Positions 9,533 through 18,929 of a stretch of DNA of 64,000 nucleotides are shown here, piece after piece. Numbering within the stretch: position 1 is the first letter of the stretch; every line of letters begins with the position of its first letter. Made by a program: the position numbers and the translations under genes. The notes under the pieces are model-generated. The model had not been told where the DNA came from. It made no database searches and worked only from the letters and a program-made list of their open reading frames with translations. Source of the DNA: Candidatus Magasanikiibacteriota bacterium (GTDB lineage: Bacteria > Patescibacteriota > Patescibacteriia > Magasanikbacterales > UBA922); NCBI GenBank assembly GCA_003482855.1, contig DMXO01000004.1, forward strand, positions 141,464-205,463. Reading direction: 5' to 3'.

Positions 9533-11227
9533 ATGATGAATATTATAAAAAATGAAATTAAAAAATTATTGCATGATGTAGGCGTCGAAGGTGAGATTGA
9601 ATTATCAACTCCTCCACAGGTAGACATGGGTGATCTCGCGTTTGGGTGCTTTGGCATGGCAAAGAAATTGGGTAAAAATCCCGTCGAAGTTGCAAAGGAG
9701 ATAAAACAAAAATTCGAAATTCGAAATTCGAAATTCGAAATTCTCGACAGAGTCGAGGTATTTGGGCCGTACGTGAATTTTTATTTGAATGTGCAGGAAT
9801 TGGCGAAAATAGTTTTGGATAGTAAAAAGTATAAAGTAGAAAGTAAAAACAAAAGAGTAATAGTAGAGTTTGCGCACCCGAACACGCACAAAGCGTTTCA
9901 CATCGGACATTTGAGAAACATTACAACAGGCGAAACATTGGTGAGAATTTTAGAGCATGTTGGATATGAGGTCATACGAGCAAATTACCAGGGTGATGTA
10001 GGAATGCATATTGCAAAATCATTGTGGGGTATTGAACAGTTGAAAGATGAATATGAGCAAGTAAAAAATAAATCTCTTCATGAACGTATTGCATTTTTGG
10101 GTAAAGCGTATGCCCACGGCGGTCAGGCCTATGAAAATGACAAAAAGGTGGAAGAAGAGGTCAAAGATCTCAATAAAAAAATATATGAGCGAGATGTTTC
10201 AATTCAAGATGTATACAAAACTACACGTGCTTGGAGTTTGGAATATTTTGACCATATATACAAACGTGTTGGATCGCGTTTTGACAGATTTTATTTTGAG
10301 TCAGAAGTATATGAATCAGGAAAAAAAATTGTTCATGAATTTTTGGAAAAAGGCGTGTTTGAAGAAAGCCAAGGTGCTATAATTTTCCCCGGAAGCAGAT
10401 ATGGATTGCATGATCGAGTATTTATTACGAGCCAAGGATTTCCTGGTTATGAAGCAAAGGAAATGGCACTCGGCAGGCTTCAATTTGATGAATATCATCC
10501 AGATGAGATATTGCATGTAGTTGGCAAAGAACAAACAGGATATTTTCAAGTAGTGTTTAAAGCTCTTGAACAGACATTGCCAGAAAGCAAAGATAAAGAA
10601 CAACATGTGATATACGGCTGGGTACGTCTCAAAGAAGGTAAGATGAGTGCCAGAACTGGTAAAGTGGTTCTTGGGGAATGGTTGATTGATGAAGTTAAAA
10701 AGCAAATTTTGGATATGATGAGTGACAGGGAGCTGAGTAATAAAGATGAAGTTGCAGAAAAAATATCCATTGCAGCTGTTAAATACTCTTTTCTTAAGAC
10801 TGGCGTAGCCAATGACATTGCTTTCGATTTTGAGGAGTCAGTCTCAACTACAGGAGATAGTGGACCATATTTGCTTTATATTGTGGCGAGGATTAAATCC
10901 ATTCTAAGAAAACAAGAAACAAGAAACAATTTCCAAATAATTTCCAATTTCCAATTTCCAATTTCCAATATTGAAAAAAAATTACTCTTGCAGGTGGCAC
11001 GGTTTTCAGAAGTTGCTTTGCAGGCCGCTGAAAATATGGATCCTTCCAAAATCGCTCAGTATTTATTTTCGTTAGCACAGGATTTTAACAATTTTTATCA
11101 TGATTGTCCGGTGTTGCAGGCGGATGGAGATGTGAAGAGTTTCCGTCTATCTCTGATACAGACAACAGAACAGGTAATGACTAAGGGACTTTATTTACTT
11201 GGTATTGAGACTGTAGAGGAGATGTAA
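9533..11227 (+). CDS. argS: Arginine--tRNA ligase
   Basis: EFAHPNTHKAFHIGH, KMSARTG, GDSGPYLLY, FNNFYHDCPVL, LGIETVEEM C-terminus. Confidence 0.97.
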   Translation: MMNIIKNEIKKLLHDVGVEGEIELSTPPQVDMGDLAFGCFGMAKKLGKNPVEVAKEIKQKFEIRNSKFEILDRVEVFGPYVNFYLNVQELAKIVLDSKKYKVESKNKRVIVEFAHPNTHKAFHIGHLRNITTGETLVRILEHVGYEVIRANYQGDVGMHIAKSLWGIEQLKDEYEQVKNKSLHERIAFLGKAYAHGGQAYENDKKVEEEVKDLNKKIYERDVSIQDVYKTTRAWSLEYFDHIYKRVGSRFDRFYFESEVYESGKKIVHEFLEKGVFEESQGAIIFPGSRYGLHDRVFITSQGFPGYEAKEMALGRLQFDEYHPDEILHVVGKEQTGYFQVVFKALEQTLPESKDKEQHVIYGWVRLKEGKMSARTGKVVLGEWLIDEVKKQILDMMSDRELSNKDEVAEKISIAAVKYSFLKTGVANDIAFDFEESVSTTGDSGPYLLYIVARIKSILRKQETRNNFQIISNFQFPISNIEKKLLLQVARFSEVALQAAENMDPSKIAQYLFSLAQDFNNFYHDCPVLQADGDVKSFRLSLIQTTEQVMTKGLYLLGIETVEEM

Positions 11228-11242
11228 AATATTTTTTGGTAT

Positions 11243-11752
11243 ATGTTTAAAAATTTTTTTGTTAGAAAAGGAAAAATGTCATTGCCAAGTTGGTTTTTTT
11301 TGAGTGTATTTTTATTATCATTTCTTGGCGCTATAAATGCGGTGTATTTGACGGTTGAACATTTCAAGCATGTAGAGACTGGTGCTGCTGTGGTATGTCA
11401 TGTCGAGATAATGGGGGATTGTAATCAAGTGTTGTATAGTAGATATTCAGAAATAGGCGCTGTGCCACTCGCACTGCTTGGCGTAGCATATTATCTGTTT
11501 GTATTTTCCGTAGCATTAATTCTCTATTTTAATAAAGAACGCTTGCTTTTTTCATTGTTGTCAGTTGTTACCTCATTTGGGTTTTTATTTAGTCTCTTAT
11601 TGGTATATTTGCAAATATGGGTATTGAGAGCAGTATGCCCTTATTGTATGTTTTCGGCATTAGTGTCGGTATTGCTGTTTGGTATAGACATTATATTTTT
11701 GGTAAAAAAGGAAAGTATAACAGGTAGGATAACTGAAGTTTTTCATCCATAA
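11243..11752 (+). CDS. Vitamin K epoxide reductase (VKOR) family disulfide-bond formation protein
   Basis: C..C..VLYSRYS, GAVPLALLG, CPYC redox motif, 4 TM. Confidence 0.9.
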   Translation: MFKNFFVRKGKMSLPSWFFLSVFLLSFLGAINAVYLTVEHFKHVETGAAVVCHVEIMGDCNQVLYSRYSEIGAVPLALLGVAYYLFVFSVALILYFNKERLLFSLLSVVTSFGFLFSLLLVYLQIWVLRAVCPYCMFSALVSVLLFGIDIIFLVKKESITGRITEVFHP

Positions 11753-11760
11753 TATTGTAT

Positions 11761-12975
11761 ATGCACGAGCGTCTAAAAAATTTTTTTGCTGCAAAACCGG
11801 AATGTGTTATAGAATGGCACGATGATTATACCCCTGCAGTTGGTTGGCTTGTCATGAATTCTCTTCGCAATGGGGCTGCTGGTGGTGGCACTCGTATGCA
11901 CGAGGCATGTAGTTTCTCTGAAGTGGATCAATTGGCAAAGACAATGGAAATAAAATTTACCGTCTCTGGCCCAGCAATTGGTGGGGCAAAATCAGGTATT
12001 AGGTATGCATTTAAGAGCGAGAAAGATAAACAAGATGTACTTAGGCGTTGGTTTTTGTATATTCAAAAAGAGTTGAAAACGCATTATGGTACAGGTGGTG
12101 ACCAGAATGTTGATTTTAAATCAGACGTGACGCCTTTGTTGTTGGAATTGGGTATTCGGCATCCTCAAGAGGGAATTGTGCACGGGTTGTACCCTCATTT
12201 ATCTGTGTCAGAACGTGATGCCATTATTGATAATCTTCGTCAGGGTATTCTTGCACCCGTTATGTCAGATAGTTTTTTGCATAATTTGGATTTTAGAATA
12301 GCAGATTCAGCTACAGGCTACGGTGTTGTTTCTGCCATCAGTGCTTATTATGATCTACGTGGCGAGTCGTTGCAGGGCAAAAAAATTATTATAGAAGGTT
12401 TTGGAAATGTAGGTTCAGCTGCTGCATATTACGCGTGGAGAAAAGGGGCTTATATTGTTGGTGTCATTGATAAAGATTGGTATATGTTTGATGATGCTGG
12501 TATAGATATAGGTGATTTACTCAAAGCGCGCGTGTCCGGAAGAATACACACAGACGTGCCTTCTCTCAAATCGTATACAGGATCGCTTGATTTTTATCCT
12601 CATGCCGATGTGTTTGTTCCTGCTGCTACATCACATACCGTTCACCGAGATAGATTGAAATGTCTGAAGGATAGTGGCATTGCAATTATTGCTTCGGGTG
12701 CCAATAACCCCTTTATTGATAGCGAGACAGAGGAAGTGGCTGATAATCAAGTAAGTGTTATACCAGAATTTATTGTGAATTGTGGTATGGCAAGATGTTT
12801 TGCATATTTTATGCAGCCAAATGTAACTACGGGCGAAAAGGCCATTTTGCATGATATAGATGTATGTATTGAAAAGGCTGTGACAAATCTTTTTTCTCAA
12901 AATAATTCTCTATCTCATCTTACCAGTACTGCGTTTGATATTGCATTAGATGCTATAGAAAGTCCGAGCTTGTAA
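11761..12975 (+). CDS. Glu/Leu/Phe/Val amino-acid dehydrogenase family protein
   Basis: GGGTRM, KTMEIK, GGAKSG, ATGYGV, Rossmann EGFGNVG, GANNP. Confidence 0.9.
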   Translation: MHERLKNFFAAKPECVIEWHDDYTPAVGWLVMNSLRNGAAGGGTRMHEACSFSEVDQLAKTMEIKFTVSGPAIGGAKSGIRYAFKSEKDKQDVLRRWFLYIQKELKTHYGTGGDQNVDFKSDVTPLLLELGIRHPQEGIVHGLYPHLSVSERDAIIDNLRQGILAPVMSDSFLHNLDFRIADSATGYGVVSAISAYYDLRGESLQGKKIIIEGFGNVGSAAAYYAWRKGAYIVGVIDKDWYMFDDAGIDIGDLLKARVSGRIHTDVPSLKSYTGSLDFYPHADVFVPAATSHTVHRDRLKCLKDSGIAIIASGANNPFIDSETEEVADNQVSVIPEFIVNCGMARCFAYFMQPNVTTGEKAILHDIDVCIEKAVTNLFSQNNSLSHLTSTAFDIALDAIESPSL

Positions 12976-12985
12976 TACACCACGT

Positions 12986-14500
12986 ATGTCTATAACAAAA
13001 AATTATTCTGCTATGCGCGCTTTGCATTCTTTTTATCATAGGAAATCAGACGTATGGCGTCACCGTGCAGAGAGACATGTCTTGCATTTATTTCATAAAG
13101 CTGCGGACGGAGTAGTTGCATACAGAGATTTTTTAGGGAAGAACGGTGTCGATCATCACAAAGTCAATGATTGGTCTGATTTTCAGCATGTCCCTGTGAT
13201 TGATAAAAAGAATTATCTGCGACAATATGAGTTGAAAGATCTGTGTTGGAATGGGTCTTTTGATAAGACACTTGTTTTTACTTCTACATCAGGTTCTACA
13301 GGCGAACCTTTTTATTTTCCTCGATCAGAAGAATTAGATTGGCAATCTTCTATTTTTCATGAAGCCTTTCTTCGGTATGGCAATACAAAGGACAAAGGTC
13401 CAACACTGATACTCGTGGCTTTTGGTATGGGAGTATGGATAGGTGGTCTTTTGACATACAAGGCGTTCGAGATGTGCGGACACAGAAGTGCATATCCAAT
13501 TTCTATATTGACACCCGGCATAAATAAGAAAGAAATTTTTAATGCACTAAAAAATGTCTCACCTTTATATAAGCAGACAATTATTGTTGGCTACCCACCT
13601 TTTGTAAAAGATGTATTAGACGAGGCATCTGCACAAGGAATTGAATTGGAAAAGATGAATGTCCGTTTTGTCTTTGCTGCTGAAACATTTACCGAAGGTT
13701 TTAGAGATTATTTGGCACGAAAAGCTCGTGTAGATAATATATATCGTGATGTTTTCCATGTGTATGGCAGTGCAGATTTGGGTACGATGGCTGTGGAGAT
13801 GCCATTGAGTATTTTGATCAAACGTCTAGCTCTCAAACATGAACATTTGTCTATTGATTTATTTCATGACATTTCCAAGGTCCCCACGTTGGCACAATTT
13901 AATCCAGAATTTACTCATTTTGATGCTGTTCAAGACGAACTCGTGCTGACAGGTAATAATGTATTACCTCTTATTCGTTATGGAATTGGAGATCGAGGTG
14001 GTGTTTTTGATTTTGATTTTGTCAAACAAAAATTTTTTGATAATGGTCTTGATCTCACTGAAGAAGCAAAGAAAGTAGGTGTACTTGATTGTCTATTTCA
14101 ATTGCCTTTTGTATATGTATATGAAAGAGTCGATTTTGCTACGACACTATATGGAATCACGATCTACCCTCAATATATCAAAGAGGCATTGCTTGATAAA
14201 GATTTTGACAATTTATTGACGGGTAAATTTGTGTTGTCTACTGAATTTGATGAGATGCATAATCAGTATCTCAAGATACACTTAGAGTTACAGAAAGGTA
14301 TTGATTCATCATGTGTCAATGACAGTATCAAACATAAAGTGCTTGAGCAGATTATTGGTTATTTATCTCTCAAGGTCTCAGAGTTTAGAGAGTTGAAGAG
14401 CCATTTGGGTGAACGGGCACATCCACAATTAAAGTTTTGGGAAGCAGAACATCCAACCTATTTTAAACCAGGGGTAAAACAAGCGTGGGTTAAAAAATAA
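12986..14500 (+). CDS. Phenylacetate-CoA ligase (PaaK)-like adenylate-forming enzyme
   Basis: TSTSGSTGEP P-loop, GYPPF, YGSAD, PLIRYGIGDRG, G.TIYP. Confidence 0.85.
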   Translation: MSITKNYSAMRALHSFYHRKSDVWRHRAERHVLHLFHKAADGVVAYRDFLGKNGVDHHKVNDWSDFQHVPVIDKKNYLRQYELKDLCWNGSFDKTLVFTSTSGSTGEPFYFPRSEELDWQSSIFHEAFLRYGNTKDKGPTLILVAFGMGVWIGGLLTYKAFEMCGHRSAYPISILTPGINKKEIFNALKNVSPLYKQTIIVGYPPFVKDVLDEASAQGIELEKMNVRFVFAAETFTEGFRDYLARKARVDNIYRDVFHVYGSADLGTMAVEMPLSILIKRLALKHEHLSIDLFHDISKVPTLAQFNPEFTHFDAVQDELVLTGNNVLPLIRYGIGDRGGVFDFDFVKQKFFDNGLDLTEEAKKVGVLDCLFQLPFVYVYERVDFATTLYGITIYPQYIKEALLDKDFDNLLTGKFVLSTEFDEMHNQYLKIHLELQKGIDSSCVNDSIKHKVLEQIIGYLSLKVSEFRELKSHLGERAHPQLKFWEAEHPTYFKPGVKQAWVKK

Positions 14501-14506
14501 TATAGT

Positions 14507-15646
14507 ATGGAAAAACCAATTTTGTTTGATCCAGAACAGGGGTCAATTGAAGACTTTAAAAAGACACATGGTGTCGAACAGATTTTTGATACGTTTGAGT
14601 CACAGCTCAGAGAGCTATATTTGATTCGGAACCCTCGTTTTCGTTTTAGTCCATACACAGAAGGGGAGTGGCAAGATTTTTTGCACGAGTATCTCAGTGG
14701 AGAGGTTATGGAACAAAAAGGTTTTTGGTTTTATTTCCCTTGGAATAAAAATTTTGTTCACTATTTACCAGAAGATGAACATCTTGAAGTAAGAACAGCC
14801 CGGAATAGAAATATCATTACTTCATCTGAGCAAGATATATTGTATAATTCTACATTGGCTTTTTTGGGGTTGAGCGTAGGTAGCCATGCAGTTTTGACGT
14901 TGGTGATGATGGGCATAGGCAAGAGGATATATATCGCAGATCCCGACACTATTTCAGCATCAAATCTGAACAGAATCCGCGCAGATGTTGCTGATATAGG
15001 ATTGAATAAATGTGATTTTATTTTAAGAAAAATATACCAGATAAACCCTTATTTAGAAATAATGGCGTATCGAGAGGGCGCCCATAAAGATAATCTGGTC
15101 GCGTTTTTAAATGAACCATCGCGGGCACAAATTTTGATAGAAGAAGTTGATAATCTGGAAATCAAGATACGATCTCGCTTGGCTGCACGAGCGTGTGGCA
15201 TGCCTGTTGTGATGGCTACTGACAATGGGGACAATGTCATTGTGGATGTAGAACGGTATGATATAGATAATGATTTGGAATTATTTAATGGGGCAATTGG
15301 TCCAGTTACTATTGAAGAATTTGAAAAATTTTCTCCGCATGAGTTGCCGCGTCTTGCAACCAAAATTGCTGGTCCTCGTCTGATAACAGGTAGGATGCAA
15401 GATTCTTTGCTCGAAGTAGGAAAAACTATTTATTCGTGGCCACAGATGGGCAATGCTGCAACATTGGCAGGTGTCGCTCTTTCGTATCTTGTAAAACGGA
15501 TTTTGTTGGGTGGATCTGCACCTTCGGGGAAATATGAAGTCAACCTCGATGCAATTTTTGATCCGGGATACCATACATCTTATGGTACTGAACAAAGAGA
15601 CATTCAATTAAATAATTTTTTAAAGACCATTAATTTGGATGTTTAA
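14507..15646 (+). CDS. ThiF/MoeB-family adenylyltransferase (Rv1355c/OxzB N-terminal type)
   Basis: FYFPW, RTARNRN, GLSVG, DPDTISASNLNR, EEVD..K..R, PVVMATD, SWPQ. Confidence 0.88.
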   Translation: MEKPILFDPEQGSIEDFKKTHGVEQIFDTFESQLRELYLIRNPRFRFSPYTEGEWQDFLHEYLSGEVMEQKGFWFYFPWNKNFVHYLPEDEHLEVRTARNRNIITSSEQDILYNSTLAFLGLSVGSHAVLTLVMMGIGKRIYIADPDTISASNLNRIRADVADIGLNKCDFILRKIYQINPYLEIMAYREGAHKDNLVAFLNEPSRAQILIEEVDNLEIKIRSRLAARACGMPVVMATDNGDNVIVDVERYDIDNDLELFNGAIGPVTIEEFEKFSPHELPRLATKIAGPRLITGRMQDSLLEVGKTIYSWPQMGNAATLAGVALSYLVKRILLGGSAPSGKYEVNLDAIFDPGYHTSYGTEQRDIQLNNFLKTINLDV

Positions 15647-15656
15647 TTTAGCATAT

Positions 15657-16712
15657 ATGAAACAGATTATATTGGATATTTTGAAGGCAGGAGTGCGTGC
15701 CCCATCAGGAGATAATTCTCAACCATGGCGTTTCGAAATAAAAGATAATGTGATTTTCATATATAATCTACCTGAAAAAGACAACCCAATTTTTAATTAC
15801 AAACAACGAGGCTCACATATTGCGCACGGTGCTTTGATTGAAAATATCGTCATAGCCGCCACAGAAAAAGGGTATAAGGCACTAGTGGTTTTGTTTCCTC
15901 ATGGTGCAGAGTCAGATTGTGTCGCGCAAGTGACATTGGAACAAACACTCGTAGTCAAAGATCCTCTTTTTTCTTTTATTTTTACACGGGCAATTAACCG
16001 GAAGCCTTACCGCCAAGTTCTTCTTTCATCTGAACAGAAAAACAGTATTTTTGAAACCACGAAAGAAATTGGAAGTGGTCGTATCATATTGGTCGATGAT
16101 ATGAATGCAGTAAAAAAATTGGGCAAGGATTTTTCTATCAACGAAATTGTTATGTTAGAGAATAGGGATTTACATAATTATTTTTTTAGTGATGTACGGT
16201 GGACAGATGAAGAAGAGCAAAGAGAAAAGACAGGTTTATATGCAAAGACTATGGAATTGAAGCCACCGCAGTTGGCTGTGTTTAAACTGCTGAGTCACTG
16301 GAGGATAAATACATTGTTATGTAAGTTGGGAATTGCACGATTTATCGCCAAAGAAAATGCCAAGGGCTATGGAACGGGAACGATTGGTGCTATAATAATG
16401 GAGGATGAGTCACCAGAATCATATATACGCGCAGGTAGAATAATGCAACGCGTGTGGTTGAAGGCAGCACAAATGCATTTTGGGTTTCACCCTATTACGG
16501 GAGTTGTATATATGATGATGCGTATTCGGGATAATAGAAATGAAGTTTTATCTGATGTACATGTGAATTTATTGCGTAAAGCGTATCACGATATAGAAGC
16601 ACAATTAGGTATCACATCAGGTGAACTTACTATTACATTTAGAATTGGTGATGGGGGCGAACCAAGTGGCTACTCTTCACGATTGGAACCCCGTGTTGAA
16701 TATATAACATAA
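15657..16712 (+). CDS. Nitroreductase-like (Acg/Rv1355c C-terminal type) FMN oxidoreductase
   Basis: RAPSGDNSQPWRF, GALIEN, R..NR.PY, GRIMQRVWL.A, FRIG. Confidence 0.88.
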   Translation: MKQIILDILKAGVRAPSGDNSQPWRFEIKDNVIFIYNLPEKDNPIFNYKQRGSHIAHGALIENIVIAATEKGYKALVVLFPHGAESDCVAQVTLEQTLVVKDPLFSFIFTRAINRKPYRQVLLSSEQKNSIFETTKEIGSGRIILVDDMNAVKKLGKDFSINEIVMLENRDLHNYFFSDVRWTDEEEQREKTGLYAKTMELKPPQLAVFKLLSHWRINTLLCKLGIARFIAKENAKGYGTGTIGAIIMEDESPESYIRAGRIMQRVWLKAAQMHFGFHPITGVVYMMMRIRDNRNEVLSDVHVNLLRKAYHDIEAQLGITSGELTITFRIGDGGEPSGYSSRLEPRVEYIT

Positions 16713-16726
16713 GTATATATTAAGGT

Positions 16727-18358
16727 ATGGATTTATTTACCAATCTCGATTTATTTTCAGTAGGCATTACGACAGCAGCGATAGGCATTTTGGCCTTTGC
16801 TGTTTTTTTTAATGACCACAAAAGTACTACCAACCAAGCTTTTTTGTTTTTTGCTCTCATTACAGTTATGTGGGGATGGGTCAACTATGCAAGCTATCAG
16901 GTATATTCTCCATTCATGACATTGTGGTTGAATCGTTTGGCTATCTTTTTTGCGACATGGCATGCATTTGGTATTTTTCAATTTTTTTATGTGTATCCCC
17001 AAGAAGCATACCAGTTTAATAAATTGTATAAATTTGTGTTAGTGCCTCTTGCGTCTGTGACATCATGCATTGTCCTGACTCCTTTAGCCTTGGGAGAAGT
17101 GACCAAGTACATGGCCGACGGTCGTGCCGAAGAAATATCCAATGGTCCCGGAATGGCTTTGTTTGGGGCGACAGTATTTGGTTTTATCATTGCGGCTATA
17201 GTTATTCTTTTTCGAAAGATTTGGAAGGCAGATGCACACCAGAAAATACAGTTGCGTCTCATCTTAATTGGCACTATCTTCACGTTTGCTTTACTCCTAA
17301 CTTTTAATTTTGTTTTACCAGCAGTATTTGGGTTGCCTCGATTTATTCCGTTGGGGATGGTATGGATTTTACCTTTTATCTTTCTTAGTTCATATGCGAT
17401 TATTAGACATGGACTGTTAAATACACGAGTGATTGGGACTGAATTGTTGACTTTTGCGTTACTTATTGTTTCTTTTATCGAGGTAGCTATTACCAAAGAC
17501 ATTGTTAGTTTATTTTTTAGGATAGGGGTGTTTGTCTTGATATTTTTCTTTAGTATACTTTTAATTAGGGGTGTTCGTAATGAAGTAAAACAACGTGAAC
17601 AGCTTGGTCAGTTAGCCCACTCACTTGAGAAAGCAAATTTACGCCTCAAAGAACTTGACCAACAAAAGACAGAATTTCTCTCTATTGCATCTCATCAACT
17701 TCGTACCCCACTTTCTATTATCAAGGGATATATTGAACTTATCGAAGACGGTGCGTATGGCAAGGCGACGAAAAAAATGAAAGACGTACTCCACGACATG
17801 GATGAAAGTAATGAGCGTCTAGTTAAATTGGTTGATGAATTTTTGGATATTACGCGTATAGAGCAAGGGAGAACTAAGTTTGTGTTTGAAAACTATAAGA
17901 TTAATGATCTTATCTCTGATGTGGTGAAAGAATTGCACCAAAGAGCTGAGGGTAAAGGGTTGAAAATTATGTGGGAACCAAATGCAGATATCGCGGATGT
18001 TTGTATGGATGAAGAAAAAGTTCGTCATGTAGTATTCAATTTTATTGATAATGCTATCAAATATAGTGATAAGGGAATTATCAAAGTTCTGGTTGAAAGA
18101 GAAGATGGCGGAATCACGGTACGTGTAAAAGACCGTGGTTTTGGGTTTAACCCTATTGATCAGGCAAATTTTTTCCAGAAATTTTATCGTGGTGAAAATG
18201 TAAAAGGTACTAATGTCAATGGTACAGGACTTGGTATTTATGTGTGTCGTAAATTCATCGAATCACATGAAGGTCATGTCTGGGCTCATAGTGAAGGACT
18301 TGGCAAGGGGAGTGAATTTGGTTTTTGGATACCAGGCAAGAAGCCGGCGACTTCCTAA
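16727..18358 (+). CDS. Sensor histidine kinase with N-terminal multi-TM (HisKA_7TM-like) sensor
   Basis: About 7-9 TM helices; H-box SHQLRTPL; N-box NFIDNAIKYS; G-boxes DRGFG and GTGLG. Confidence 0.93.
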   Translation: MDLFTNLDLFSVGITTAAIGILAFAVFFNDHKSTTNQAFLFFALITVMWGWVNYASYQVYSPFMTLWLNRLAIFFATWHAFGIFQFFYVYPQEAYQFNKLYKFVLVPLASVTSCIVLTPLALGEVTKYMADGRAEEISNGPGMALFGATVFGFIIAAIVILFRKIWKADAHQKIQLRLILIGTIFTFALLLTFNFVLPAVFGLPRFIPLGMVWILPFIFLSSYAIIRHGLLNTRVIGTELLTFALLIVSFIEVAITKDIVSLFFRIGVFVLIFFFSILLIRGVRNEVKQREQLGQLAHSLEKANLRLKELDQQKTEFLSIASHQLRTPLSIIKGYIELIEDGAYGKATKKMKDVLHDMDESNERLVKLVDEFLDITRIEQGRTKFVFENYKINDLISDVVKELHQRAEGKGLKIMWEPNADIADVCMDEEKVRHVVFNFIDNAIKYSDKGIIKVLVEREDGGITVRVKDRGFGFNPIDQANFFQKFYRGENVKGTNVNGTGLGIYVCRKFIESHEGHVWAHSEGLGKGSEFGFWIPGKKPATS

Positions 18359-18433
18359 GAACACTTGCTTTATCTCACAAATTTGCTAAAATAATCAAAC
18401 CATTTTAACATATATAATCTTAATATATACCTT

Positions 18434-18904
18434 ATGTTTAAACCAAATACAGAAGAATCATACACACCTTCATACAATCATTCTACCCAGCCTGACGAAG
18501 TAGAGACTGTAGTTGGTCCATCAGTGGTTGTTGAAGGAGATTTCGCATCTGAGGGAAATATATTGGTAAAAGGTACTGTATCGGGCAATGTACAGACAGG
18601 CAAATTATTGACTGTTGAGCGTGGAGCAAAAATACTTGCGAATGTAAAAGCAGGGAACGCTATTATCTCTGGTTCAGTGCGTGGTAATGTACGGGTGGAG
18701 GAACGTCTAGAGCTTACTGAAAGTGCGCAGGTAGATGGTGATGTGGTGTGTAAAATACTTGTTGTTGCTGCGGGAGCTCTGTTGCAGGGCAAAGTCAGTA
18801 TGAAGGGTATTGAAATACAAGAGTTGCATCCTGATAGAAAAAAATTATCTTCTCGTAATAAATTCAAACTTGCTTCTGATGTAGAAAGTGAAGAAAATCA
18901 ATAA
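18434..18904 (+). CDS. Bactofilin (polymer-forming cytoskeletal protein)
   Basis: ETVVGPSVVVEGD...VKGTVSGNV...GSVRGNV...VDGDV beta-helix repeats. Confidence 0.92.
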   Translation: MFKPNTEESYTPSYNHSTQPDEVETVVGPSVVVEGDFASEGNILVKGTVSGNVQTGKLLTVERGAKILANVKAGNAIISGSVRGNVRVEERLELTESAQVDGDVVCKILVVAAGALLQGKVSMKGIEIQELHPDRKKLSSRNKFKLASDVESEENQ

Positions 18905-18929
18905 GGAGTGTAGTAACACCACGCACGGT

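Noticed and set aside
12986-14500. Phenylacetate catabolism (paa) pathway
   Set aside because: There are no paaABCDE/paaZ genes in the window and the context is not catabolic.
14507-16712. ThiF plus nitroreductase as a RiPP (TOMM/microcin C) or ubiquitin-like defence system
   Set aside because: No YcaO, precursor peptide, E2/JAB or ubiquitin-like gene is seen nearby, and the motifs fit the Rv1355c/OxzB type.
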